Below are positions 51,501-62,469 of a stretch of 64,000 nucleotides of DNA, one piece after another (positions within the stretch are counted from its first letter, which is position 1; each line of letters opens with the position of its first letter). The stretch is taken from positions 62,001 through 126,000 of the forward strand of contig OZ025681.1 of assembly GCA_964019335.1 (NCBI GenBank), in the 5' to 3' direction. The notes beneath the pieces are model-generated. The model saw only the letters and a program-made list of their open reading frames with translations. It made no database searches and was not told the origin of the DNA. This DNA comes from Diplonema japonicum (Eukaryota > Protista > Euglenozoa: Diplonemea). The translations under genes were made by a program, and so were the position numbers.

Positions 51501-54500
51501 GGGGATGTTCACCGCTGAGAGCTGTGTCCAGCTGTTGAAGTTCGAGCTGCTGAAGAGCCGTTTCAGGTTTGTTGCGGGCATCACCTCAGAGGCAATGAAG
51601 GCCCCCACAGTCCCAAGCTTTGACTCCCCGGTCAGCTCTACAGTCCCGTTGTTGTTGTTGTTGTTGTTGTTTCCTGCCGCCAGCACCACAGCCGCCCGGT
51701 AGGTCACGCTCCCACCACACGAAGGGTTCTGCTGCTGTTGTGCAGTTGCCGTCAACAAGCCCTCCGAAAGAAACCCGTTCCACTGAAGGTCCTGACCCGG
51801 TTCCCAGGAGCCTGTGGTCTCGTTCCACACGCGCAGGGCAATGTTGCAGGGGTAGGGGTCCACGAACTCCGCGTCCACCGTGAAGTTCACCTTCATTGTC
51901 ACAGCCTCGTTTGCCGAGGCCCCTCCGAAGGAGGAAACCCGTACCTGCACCACGTCCCCTGTCGAGGTCTCGTTGTTCCCAGGGACTGGGTACAGGTCCC
52001 CTGCTGCCGCCTTCACGAGGACACGCCCTCCCCCTGACAGCCCAGGGAGTGCCACAGAGGTTGTTGAGTTCTCCAGTCGCACCGTTGCCGTTCCCGATGT
52101 CGCTTCACCGATCGTCGTCACCGCTATCTTCAGAACTGTCCCAGAGAAGCTGATGTCCCCCGTCCCGTTATGAGCAAGGAGGGATGAGGCCAGGCTGTCC
52201 GTCAACGCCACCACAGACTCCTTCGCTTCCCCTGTCGCGGACAGCGTCCCGAGCCCATCCACCGCCTGCAGCACCCGCCCAACATCGCCAGCTGTCCCGT
52301 TCTCAATGGCTGTCTGCCCTAGCTGCTCCACCACCTGTGCTGCCCCCACCACCTCTGCGCTCACTTCCTCCGCCGTCCCCGAGCCAGTCCCGGACCCAAT
52401 CTGAGACACGATCGACTCTGCCACGGTGGACGCCTCCCCAGGTGACGTGATCACCTGAACAGTGCCCCGAAAGGTCTGAGAAGTGATCCAGTTGTTGCTG
52501 TTGCTGCTGCCGCTGCCAACACCCCCGCCTGTCCCCTGCACACCAACCTGGATCACGAGGTCTCCCTCCGGCAGGGCGTTCAGAGAGAAGGAGGCGACCC
52601 TCGTGTGTCTCACAACGACCCCGTCCACCGCCACCACGTACTGCGCCTCCGAAGACGACCCAAGGAACCACTCGTCGTAGTCAAAGCTCACCTTCGTCCC
52701 AACAGTGAGGTTCACGAGGGGGGGCGTGAAAGTGATCACCGGGAGCTGCTTCGGAACGAACACACGAAAGGAGTCGCTACCCCCGCCTGTTCCCACGCTG
52801 TCTATCCCGCACAACAGAGAGCCTCCAGTGTTCCCCATCGTGGCCCCAAGGTCCACCTCTAAATACATCGTCGTCTTGCTCACAGCAAGGCCGACAGCTG
52901 AAAAAGAAGAAGAAGCAGAACTAGAACCGTAATAACCGTTGCACTGAACCACTATCTCGTTCTTCGACACACCAACACAGGAAAGCGCCGCCGTGTGCAA
53001 GGCCTCCATCCTGCGAACGAGGTCCAAGGCCGCAGGAACAGACCAGCTTGCGAGGAGCGAGGGGTCCACCACCACCTCCGCCCGACCCAACGAAGTGTCC
53101 AAAAAGACCACAGACAGGGCTCCCGAGTCAGAGGAAGAAGAGAGCCCCAGCTCCGAAGCGAGAAACCCTTGGACCTCGCCGGCTGAGGAGAGCTGCTGGC
53201 CCACTATGCTGAAGTGCGCAACGAGGGGTGTGAACACGCCGTCCGCTGACAAGAGAACCCGCTGACGCTCCCCCACAGGGCTTGCCACGAACACCTCCCT
53301 CCCGAATACACGAACCTGCGGCTGTTGCTGTGAAGGGGAATAACCCTTCACCTCTGACATCGTGGAGGAAGGGGCAGAGAATGGCGCAGGGGTTGCTGGA
53401 GACACAGTGTTGGGGAAACTCGTTGCGGGGGAAAGGGTGGAAGGAGCGCCTGTTGTGGCTGTTGTGGATGGAACAGTTGTCGGTACCGCTGTGTGCAGAG
53501 AAGGTGACTGGGAAGGAAGCTGTGTGGGTGCAAGTGTTGGAGGAACCAAGGTCGAAGGGGAAGTAGACGTGCCAGAAGGGACAGGGGTCGGTGCGGGGCT
53601 CTGCGGTGCAACTGATGGTGCAGAGGTGGGTGTCTTCGTGGGAGCCACTGTGGGCGGAAAAGGTGTTGGTGGTGGCGAGACAGTGGACCCTGGAACAGAT
53701 GTTGGTGCAAGGGTAGAAGGAGCTGGTGTTGGAGGGGCTGACGTAGCTGGGAAAGAAGTTGAAGGAGCAAAGGTTTCTGGGACCGTTGTGGAACCAGGTG
53801 GTGTTGGAGTGGGGATAAATGTTGCAGGAGCAGGAGTAGGTGGAGCTGGTGTTGCAGGTGCAAGAGTGGATGGCGAGGGAGTTGGCGATGAAGGGACTGG
53901 TGTGGCGACCAGTGTCGAGGGTGCAGAGGTGGGTGGTGAAGGAATTGTCGAGGGAGCAGGGGTCGAAGGTACAGGGGTCGAAGGTGCAGAGGTCGAAGGT
54001 GCAGGGGTCGAAGGTGCAGAGGTCGAAGGTGCAGAGGTAGAAGGTGCAGGGGTCGAAGGTGCAGAGGTCGAGGGAGCAGGGGTTGAAGGTACAGGGGTGG
54101 GGACCGGTGTTGGAGCAGGGGTCGAGGGAGCAGGGGTAGATGGTGCAGGTGTTGAGGGAGCAGGGGTAGAAGGTGCAGGAGTTGAAGGAGCCGGTGTTGG
54201 AGGGACTGGAGTTGGTGATGGGGTGGATGATGTCGGAGACGGTGAAATGGCCCTGTGTGATCAATAAAGCTGGTTATAGTAACATACGAAGCTGAAGCGA
54301 TGGCTATCTGTGCTGAGGTGCAGGCTGACGAGGTCGTGCAGACTACATGAGTAAGGTCTCCCGAAGGCTCCGAAGCAAGACCTGTGCATGCACTGTCAAC
54401 ATCACACATCAAGCCACAATAATACGAACCACCCGAAGTTACACTTGCTGGGCATGTATAAGTGAGACCGGAGCATGCATCAGTCGACATGCATTTGAGA

Positions 54501-55096
54501 ATGCTGCCGATGTCTGACGACGCCGATGAGGTGATTGCGGCTGAGGAACAGGCGGTGGTCCCTAAGCAGACCACCGTGCCAGAGCCAGAAGTCCCGAGCG
54601 TGTACTTTATCTTTTCGCAGGCATTGGTTCCCATGCATGATACCTGGCACGACTTACCAGTGGGGCACGCAACTGTCACATCAGAGCAAGCTGTTTCGGC
54701 CCCGCAAACCAGCTGGAGTGCTCCTCCGCTCCCTTGCTGGGTGATGGTGAGCTCCGAACACGAGCTTTGACCGCTGCAGGTGATGGTGCACGCCCCGCTT
54801 GCGGGGCAGTTAATGGTGGACTGGCTGCAGGCACTCGTGTCACTACAAGTCAAAGTGCAGTCACCAGTACTTGGACAGGTGAGTGCTAACATTGCACAGC
54901 TACTTGCAGCGCTGCATGAGGTCATGCAGCTGTATGAAGAGTCACAAGTGGCGGCACAGTTGGAGCAAGCGGTGCTGCTGGAGCATAACAATGCCTCATT
55001 TGCAGAAGAAGAGAAGGTGACTGACGACGAGCAGCCGGTGATGTCGGCAGCAGCAAAGTACACACATGTCAGCACAACAACGACCGTTCGCGGCAT
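48524..55096 (-). CDS. Polycystin-1 (PKD1)-like protein A, about 2151 aa, 4 exons (55096-54288, 54252-50464, 50429-50321, 50272-48524)
   Basis: Removing three GTATG..AG introns joins three ORF-track pieces into 6456 nt (2152 codons). The product has a signal peptide, Cys-rich repeats, an S/T/P stalk, PKD1-like motifs (LYLLYYILFVVTYFYDRRQD; HVWFCVFFRTPGQHYSRPRRLAVLF; IMVAVISACMMTPTTVLLGLLFKRS; LPHHVTYLAYAL..DIVLNEPMKLL) and a C2 domain. Confidence 0.82.
50273..50320 (-). other. Gene A intron 3 (48 nt, in frame, no stop)
   Basis: GTATGTTC..CACTACTAAACAG at the same position as the frame-breaking 37-nt intron in gene B (KKAPV|LWSW versus KKVPV|LWSW). Confidence 0.8.
50430..50463 (-). other. Gene A intron 2 (34 nt)
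   Basis: GTATGTTTGTG..CTACTTAG. Removal restores ENG-TVAKTIM. Confidence 0.85.
54253..54287 (-). other. Gene A intron 1 (35 nt)
   Basis: GTATGTTACT..CACACAG. Removal joins the Cys-rich exon to the S/T/P stalk frame (ASAS-AISPSPT). Confidence 0.85.
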
Positions 55097-55812
55097 GCCA
55101 CACCCCTGTAGATGAGAAATCGAAAAGTGGTATACGATTACTTTAATAAAAAAACGAGAGGATTCTCACAAAAAAGCATTGTCTCTTGTGGTGCAGCACA
55201 GCCCTAATTCGGCACATGACCGGAAAGGCTGTCTCAGGAAGCTTTCTTCTTTTTCTTTCTTGGCATTAACCACTTCCTGAAATTGCCAAAATACAGTAAC
55301 AAACGTGGCAATAATCGAATCACCAGAAAAGATTGCTTCGTAGATATTCCCTTCTGTTGGACAAATCACAAGACACGTCCTCCTTAAAGGGAATGTGCCT
55401 CAGTAAGGCCAACAAAAACAGACTGAATCTATTATTTCGTAACTTGCAGCACTAAGCAGAGGTGCTTAACAACCGTAACTCAGCATGATTGAAAGCTAGA
55501 TCAAACAACTGACCCTAACATCCTGAAAGCTAGCACAAGTATTTACCTGGAAAGGCATACTTTCAAAGACACTTTGAGCATCTTCGTAATAATAAGAAAG
55601 CCAGCAAGTTAGTAAACAAGTAACAAGTAAGTGTATCTCTTCACAGATCAAATGGCTTGTTCGCAATCAGAGAGAGTGCCTCGACGGTGAAGGACGTGGC
55701 CTACAGTACCCCGAGGTCGGAAGGTGCCGTGGTCATAGAGGTCATCTTGTCTCAATCAAAGTGCAGCTCACGACCACACGACTATAATATGCGAGGGCCT
55801 TGAAGCCCAAGC

Positions 55813-58800
55813 TCACCCACCCAAAACAGCCCTGAGCATCTTCGTGATGCCTGTCTCCTTCATGATTGTAGAGAAGGCCTTCCCAATCCCCGACTTGAGG
55901 AAGGTCTTCGCGATGGGGTCAGCATAGGTGAGGACAAGGAGCTTCATCGGCTCGTTCAAGACGATGTCCTGCATGAAGGCGATGGCGCAGCCTGTGAAGA
56001 AGCTCTGTTGGGTCTCCTGCTCCCAGCGCAAGGCCTCCGTGAGGAAAATGGTCACGGAAGAGAGCTGTATGAAGAAGGCGAGGGCATAGGCGAGGTAGGT
56101 CACGTGGTGCGGTAGGTGCTGTGGAAGGAGGCCCCCTTTCTTCAGCTGGTAGGACCGCAAGACAACGAGCCACCCCACCAGAAGGAACACGAGAGGGGCC
56201 AACCACTGCTCCGTCCCGCCCACCTCCACCTTGCTCCCCTCCCTTCGAATGGACGGTTGTTTCTCCAAGCAGACGAACAAGCACCCAGACCACTGCAGCA
56301 CGAACACAGCGGACCCGAGGTGCCCCATGCTGTACCTCTGGTACATCACCCACCAGCACCCCAAGGCCGCCACAATCTGCACACAGCTCGCCCCTGCCCC
56401 TGCCCACCACTCCACCTCGTAGTACAGACACAACACGATGAACAGGTGCACCGACCAGAAGACCGACAGCACCATGGGGAGAAGCCGCGGGCGCCACGAG
56501 CTTACCCCGAGTGCCACGAAGATCATCACCCACAGGAACAACAAGGCCACACCGATCCCAACCTCTCCAGAGTCTATCATCAACACGCACCCGTACATCC
56601 CCAGTGACATCAGCAGCAGCGCCACAGCCTTCGCGAGCTGGAAGAAGTACGTTGCTATGCTCAGGATCAAGAAGAACGAGGCGACTAGTGGCCACCACTT
56701 GTAGCCGATCAAGAACACAATTCCAACATGTACAAAAACTAGAAAGATGATGAGCCTCACCGATCGTCCCGCCTGCTTGTTTGCCCGCTGGCAAAGTGTC
56801 AATTCCAGTTCCTCCTCGCTGACCGGACTTTCCGTGCCTGCTTCATTGTTGTCAGACACCACAGGCAGTGCGACTTGCTTACCGCCTTGATGCATTGTCG
56901 GGGACATCGGGATTGTCTCGTTCTCTGTCAGGAACACGGGCTTCGGCGACCCCAAAGTGGGGCTGAACACACTTGCGAGGCTACACCGCCCGGAGCTTAA
57001 CATTGGGCTCATCCGCCTTGAGAAATTGGGATCTAACCTGTCCTTCTCTTTTACTTCTGCCAACTTCTTCGCCTCCCACCACTCCTTGTGTGAAATGGAC
57101 TGGTACTCAGGTGTGTTGTACTGTGTGTATTCGCAAATGAGGCGTATCTCAGGGTTCCGCCCCTGCTTCTTGCTCACCTCGTCAGGGATCTGATACCAGC
57201 AGTCAAGGGACGCCGTTGCAGACGAGTCGTCTCGAACAATGCAGTCGATGATGTCCTGCATCGAGATGCTGAGCGACGCCACAAGGTCTTCTGTGCCGAT
57301 CTCCTGCAGACCGTCGTCATCGTACACGTTCACCACCACCACAGACTCCTTCTCCTCCCGCACGGGGTAGCTCACCACACAGCTCCCATCGAACACAGGG
57401 TTGTGGTCGTCCCACACTGTCGCTGACTTCCAAACACGGCACTCACTCTCCACAAGAACGAAGCAGTCAGGGATGTCGTCCATCGCTTCTCCTCGGATGG
57501 ACAGGTCCCTTGCTTGAACCACCCTCACATTCAGCTCCCCCAGAATGGGGTACTCGGGGTACGGGTCGAGTGCAGCCCACGACCACAGCTGTTTAGTAGT
57601 GTGTTGTGCTTTTGAGGAAACATACCACCGGAACTTTTTTCACCGCCCTCTTGAAAAGCAGCCCCAGCAGCACTGTTGTCGGGGTCATCATGCAAGCGGA
57701 GATGACCGCCACCATGATTGTCTTGGCGATAGTTCTGAATTAGATTTGTGATTGTTGACTTTTTGTATCTCCACAAACATACCCATTCTCGTTCCTGCCG
57801 TGGAAGACAGCACAGATGAAGAAGACTGTGTTCATCGCTGCGAAGAGGACAGCAAGCCTCTGCGGGCGGGAGAACGACTGTCCCGGCTGCCGGAACAACA
57901 CGCAGAACCACAAGTGTGCCCGGAGGGCTATTGCAGCTTTCGAGGCAAATAAGTGAAGATTATCACAGCAGTTCATGCCGATTGCTTCTTCCTCTGTGGC
58001 GGTAACGCTCACCTTTCGCATGCTAGAAAGGTTAGTCCCTGCAACTGACTTCCTTTTCCCAGGAAGACCACCAGGTATATCCATGCCATCATGCTGTTCC
58101 TCGAAGTCTATGTGGTCAAGGTCGGCTTGGTTCGAATTGCTTTTCGTTTCTGTGAACAAGTCAGAAGAAGCCGACACACACGGTGAAGGAACGGACTCGA
58201 AGCCAAGGAGTTGGGGGTCCAGCGTCAGCACAGGTGCAGAGTGCTCTTCATAATTGGGGCAAGTAGTTTGTTCCTTGGGTATTAAGGCAGGTGGAATCCC
58301 AGTTATAGCCTTTGGTGAATACTCGTGCCGCTGTGCCTTTGCCTTTCCTTTTAGGGAAGTCCCATTGCGCTCTTTCTGTGCTTCTAGGTCCTCTGACAGT
58401 GCTCCTTGCACTATTAAGTCTTGTGCAAAAGGAAGGTCATGAGACATCATTCTTTTGTTTGCTTTCGGGGTGAAATACTCCTCCGCCACAATAGACTGCT
58501 GCAGCATGGCTTCCTGCTTGCTGAACTCGAACCGCGCTACTTCCCTAACCATCTTGTTCAGCTCCATCGCTTGTTGTATTGCAGCTGCCTTTGCTTCTTC
58601 GAAGGTTTCACACGGTTTGTCCTTTTGATGCTGAAAGATGTGTGCTGCCCTCAAGTAGTTCCCTTCCTTGCACTCGCGAACACCATCCTCCCACCTGAAG
58701 ACGTGGCCTTCCGCCGCCATCTCCTCAATGTCTACAGCTCTAATCGAAGTCAGACCCGAAGTCAAACGCTCGTGAAAGGTACTTCCAAAATCAGGTAATG

Positions 58801-61800
58801 TCCACTTTTTTTCAGGCAAGGCGAGTGCATTGTTCACCTTTTCCTCCTGCTTCAATCGAGCCCTCTCCGATGGTGCAGCTTTGTTGTTCACAAGCCCAGC
58901 ATCCTGCCGCCTGTCGTAGAAGTAGGTCACAACGAAGAGGATGTAGTAGAGCAAGTAGAGTGTCCCCACGACAGTGAGGGTGGGGATGTTCACCGCTGAG
59001 AGCTGTGTCCAGCTGTTGAAGTTCGAGCTGCTGAAGAGCCGTTTCAGGTTTGTTGCGGGCATCACCTCAGAGGCAATGAAGGCCCCCACAGTCCCAAGCT
59101 TTGACTCCCCGGTCAGCTCTACAGTCCCGTTGTTGTTTCCTGCCGCCAGCACCACAGCCGCCCGGTAGGTCACGCTCCCACCACACGAAGGGTTCTGCTG
59201 CTGTTGTGCAGTTGCCGTCAACAAGCCCTCCGAAAGAAACCCGTTCCACTGAAGGTCCTGACCCGGTTCCCAGGAGCCTGTGGTCTCGTTCCACACGCGC
59301 AGGGCAATGTTGCAGGGGTAGGGGTCCACGAACTCCGCGTCCACCGTGAAGTTCACCTTCATTGTCACAGCCTCGTTTGCCGAGGCCCCTCCGAAGGAGG
59401 AAACCCGTACCTGCACCACGTCCCCTGTCGAGGTCTCGTTGTTCCCAGGGACTGGGTACAGGTCCCCTGCTGCCGCCTTCACGAGGACACGCCCTCCCCC
59501 TGACAGCCCAGGGAGTGCCACAGAGGTTGTTGAGTTCTCCAGTCGCACCGTTGCCGTTCCCGATGTCGCTTCACCGATCGTCGTCACCGCTATCTTCAGA
59601 ACTGTCCCAGAGAAGCTGATGTCCCCCGTCCCGTTATGAGCAAGGAGGGATGAGGCCAGGCTGTCCGTCAACGCCACCACAGACTCCTTCGCTTCCCCTG
59701 TCGCGGACAGCGTCCCGAGCCCATCCACCGCCTGCAGCACCCGCCCAACATCGCCAGCTGTCCCGTTCTCAATGGCTGTCTGCCCTAGCTGCTCCACCAC
59801 CTGTGCTGCCCCCACCACCTCTGCGCTCACTTCCTCCGCCGTCCCCGAGCCAGTCCCGGACCCAATCTGAGACACGATCGACTCTGCCACGGTGGACGCC
59901 TCCCCAGGTGACGTGATCACCTGAACAGTGCCCCGAAAGGTCTGAGAAGTGATCCAGTTGTTGCTGTTGCTGCTGCCGCTGCCAACACCCCCGCCTGTCC
60001 CCTGCACACCAACCTGGATCACGAGGTCTCCCTCCGGCAGGGCGTTCAGAGAGAAGGAGGCGACCCTCGTGTGTCTCACAACGACCCCGTCCACCGCCAC
60101 CACGTACTGCGCCTCCGAAGACGACCCAAGGAACCACTCGTCGTAGTCAAAGCTCACCTTCGTCCCAACAGTGAGGTTCACGAGGGGGGGCGTGAAAGTG
60201 ATCACCGGGAGCTGCTTCGGAACGAACACACGAAAGGAGTCGCTACCCCCGCCTGTTCCCACGCTGTCTATCCCGCACAACAGAGAGCCTCCAGTGTTCC
60301 CCATCGTGGCCCCAAGGTCCACCTCTAAATACATCGTCGTCTTGCTCACAGCAAGGCCGACAGCTGAAAAAGAAGAAGAAGCAGAACTAGAACCGTAATA
60401 ACCGTTGCACTGAACCACTATCTCGTTCTTCGACACACCAACACAGGAAAGCGCCGCCGTGTGCAAGGCCTCCATCCTGCGAACGAGGTCCAAGGCCGCA
60501 GGAACAGACCAGCTTGCGAGGAGCGAGGGGTCCACCACCACCTCCGCCCGACCCAACGAAGTGTCCAAAAAGACCACAGACAGGGCTCCCGAGTCAGAGG
60601 AAGAAGAGAGCCCCAGCTCCGAAGCGAGAAACCCTTGGACCTCGCCGGCTGAGGAGAGCTGCTGGCCCACTATGCTGAAGTGCGCAACGAGGGGTGTGAA
60701 CACGCCGTCCGCTGACAAGAGAACCCGCTGACGCTCCCCCACAGGGCTTGCCACGAACACCTCCCTCCCGAATACACGAACCTGCGGCTGTTGCTGTGAA
60801 GGGGAATAACCCTTCACCTCTGACATCGTGGAGGAAGGGGCAGAGAATGGCGCAGGGGTTGCTGGAGACACAGTGTTGGGGAAACTCGTTGCGGGGGAAA
60901 GGGTGGAAGGAGCGCCTGTTGTGGCTGTTGTGGATGGAACAGTTGTCGGTACCGCTGTGTGCAGAGAAGGTGACTGGGAAGGAAGCTGTGTGGGTGCAAG
61001 TGTTGGAGGAACCAAGGTCGAAGGGGAAGTAGACGTGCCAGAAGGGACAGGGGTCGGTGCGGGGCTCTGCGGTGCAACTGATGGTGCAGAGGTGGGTGTC
61101 TTCGTGGGAGCCACTGTGGGCGGAAAAGGTGTTGGTGGTGGCGAGACAGTGGACCCTGGAACAGATGTTGGTGCAAGGGTAGAAGGAGCTGGTGTTGGAG
61201 GGGCTGACGTAGCTGGGAAAGAAGTTGAAGGAGCAAAGGTCTCTGGGACGAGTGTTGGGGTAAGGGTCGTGGGCGTTGTTGGAGTGGGGATAAATGTTGG
61301 TACAGGAGCGAGAGTCGACGGAGCAGGAGTGGGCGGAGCTGGTGTTGCAGGTGCAAGAGTGGATGGCGAGGGAGTTGGCGATGACGGGACTGAGGTGGAG
61401 GCTGGTGTGGCCGAGGGTGCAGAGGTGGGCGGTGAAGAAGTTGGGGCGGTTGTCGAGGGAGCAGGGGTCGAAGGTGCAGGGGTCGAGGGAGTAGAGGTTG
61501 ACGGTGCAGGAGTTGACGGAGCAGGGGTCGAGGGAGAAGAAGTAGAGGGTGCTGAGGTAGAAGGTGCAGGTGTTGAGGGAGCAGATGTAGAAGGTGCTGG
61601 TGTTGATGGAGCAGAGGTAGAAGGTGCCGGTGTTGAGGGAACAGGGGTAGAAGGTGCCGGTGTTGAGGGAGCAGTTGTAGAAGGTGCCGGTGTTGAGGGA
61701 GCAGTTGTAGAAGGTGCCGGTGTTGAGGGAACAGGGGTAGAAGGTGCCGGTGTTGAGGGAGCAGTTGTAGAAGGTGCCGGTGTTGAGGGAGCAGGGGTAG

Positions 61801-62049
61801 AAGGCGCAGGTGTTGTGGGGGCAGTGGTAGAAGGTGCCGGTGTTGAGGGAGCAGTGGTAGAAGGTGCCGGTGTTGTGGGGGCAGTAGTAGAAGGTGCCGG
61901 TGTTGAGGGAGCAGAGGAAGTACGCGTGGGAGAAAACGCGGAACCGTCCCTGTGCAATTAATATAGTTGGCTATAAAAACATACGAAGATGAGGCGAGAG
62001 AAACAGCATAGTGCACACATGCCAGCACAACGGCCGTTCGCAGGTGCAT
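55813..62049 (-). CDS. Polycystin-1 (PKD1)-like protein B, about 2038 aa, 4 exons (62049-61985, 61949-57783, 57734-57626, 57588-55813)
   Basis: Spliced length is 6117 nt (2039 codons). The signal peptide MHLRTAVVLACVHYAVSLA is homologous to gene A, long stretches are identical to gene A, and the Cys-rich domain is absent. Confidence 0.82.
57589..57625 (-). other. Gene B intron 3 (37 nt)
   Basis: GTATGTTTCC..CACTACTAAACAG. Removal restores the frame. Confidence 0.85.
57735..57782 (-). other. Gene B intron 2 (48 nt, contains an in-frame TAA)
   Basis: GTATGTTTGTG..CTAATTCAG at the same position and phase as gene A intron 2. Confidence 0.85.
61450..61915 (-). repeat. Coding 15-nt tandem repeat (pentapeptide STPAP/STTAP mucin-like stalk)
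   Basis: gtagaaggtgccggtgttgagggagca units. A shorter version is in gene A at about 53940-54200. Confidence 0.9.
61950..61984 (-). other. Gene B intron 1 (35 nt)
   Basis: GTATGTTTTT..TGCACAG with the same phase (TC|G) and length as gene A intron 1. Confidence 0.85.
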
Positions 62050-62116
62050 GGCCTCACCCCCCTCTGTGGATGAATGGAGAATTGGAGAACTAGTACGATT
62101 AAATGTAAACAAAGGA

Positions 62117-62198
62117 ACGAGAGGATTCTCACAAAAAAGCGTTGTTTTCTGCGGCGCAACACAGCCTTAAGCCGGGCACAAGACCGGGAAGGCTGTGT
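62117..62198. promoter_or_regulatory. Conserved non-coding block upstream of both PKD1-like genes (paralogous copy at about 55154-55235)
   Basis: aacgagaggattctcacaaaaaagc.ttgt..cacagcc.taa..ggcaca.gaccgg.aaggctgt is shared. Function is unknown. Confidence 0.55.
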
Positions 62199-62469
62199 TC
62201 TTGCTAATGTTAATAAAAGCAGACTTTTTAAACCAAAAGGTATTACAATAAGGCCAGCCACAGTCAACGTCAGCTTAAATGTTATTGATCCTAATATCTT
62301 CTGGACATGGTAGGTAGCTTGATCCAGAGCTAGGTGTCGTCACCTGGACCAGTTAAAATGAGTTACTACCTTGCCCGAAGGAGCGAAAAAACTCTTCTGC
62401 TTTATAGTGGCAGAGTGGAGCAGGTGACCGGCTTCTGTGCCCAGTATTGAAAACCCTTCGTCAAAAAAA

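Noticed and set aside
50430-54287. Programmed frameshifting or pseudogenisation as the cause of the split PKD1-like ORFs
   Set aside because: Each break coincides with a GTATG..AG intron conserved in position in both paralogs, and removal restores the frame exactly.
60828-61961. Plus-strand VEGAG-repeat ORFs (also 53362-54267) and off-frame HLLPLLPQ / CTFDP ORFs
   Set aside because: They are alternative frames of the 15-nt STPAP repeat. Only the spliced minus-strand frame links the signal peptide to the downstream domains.
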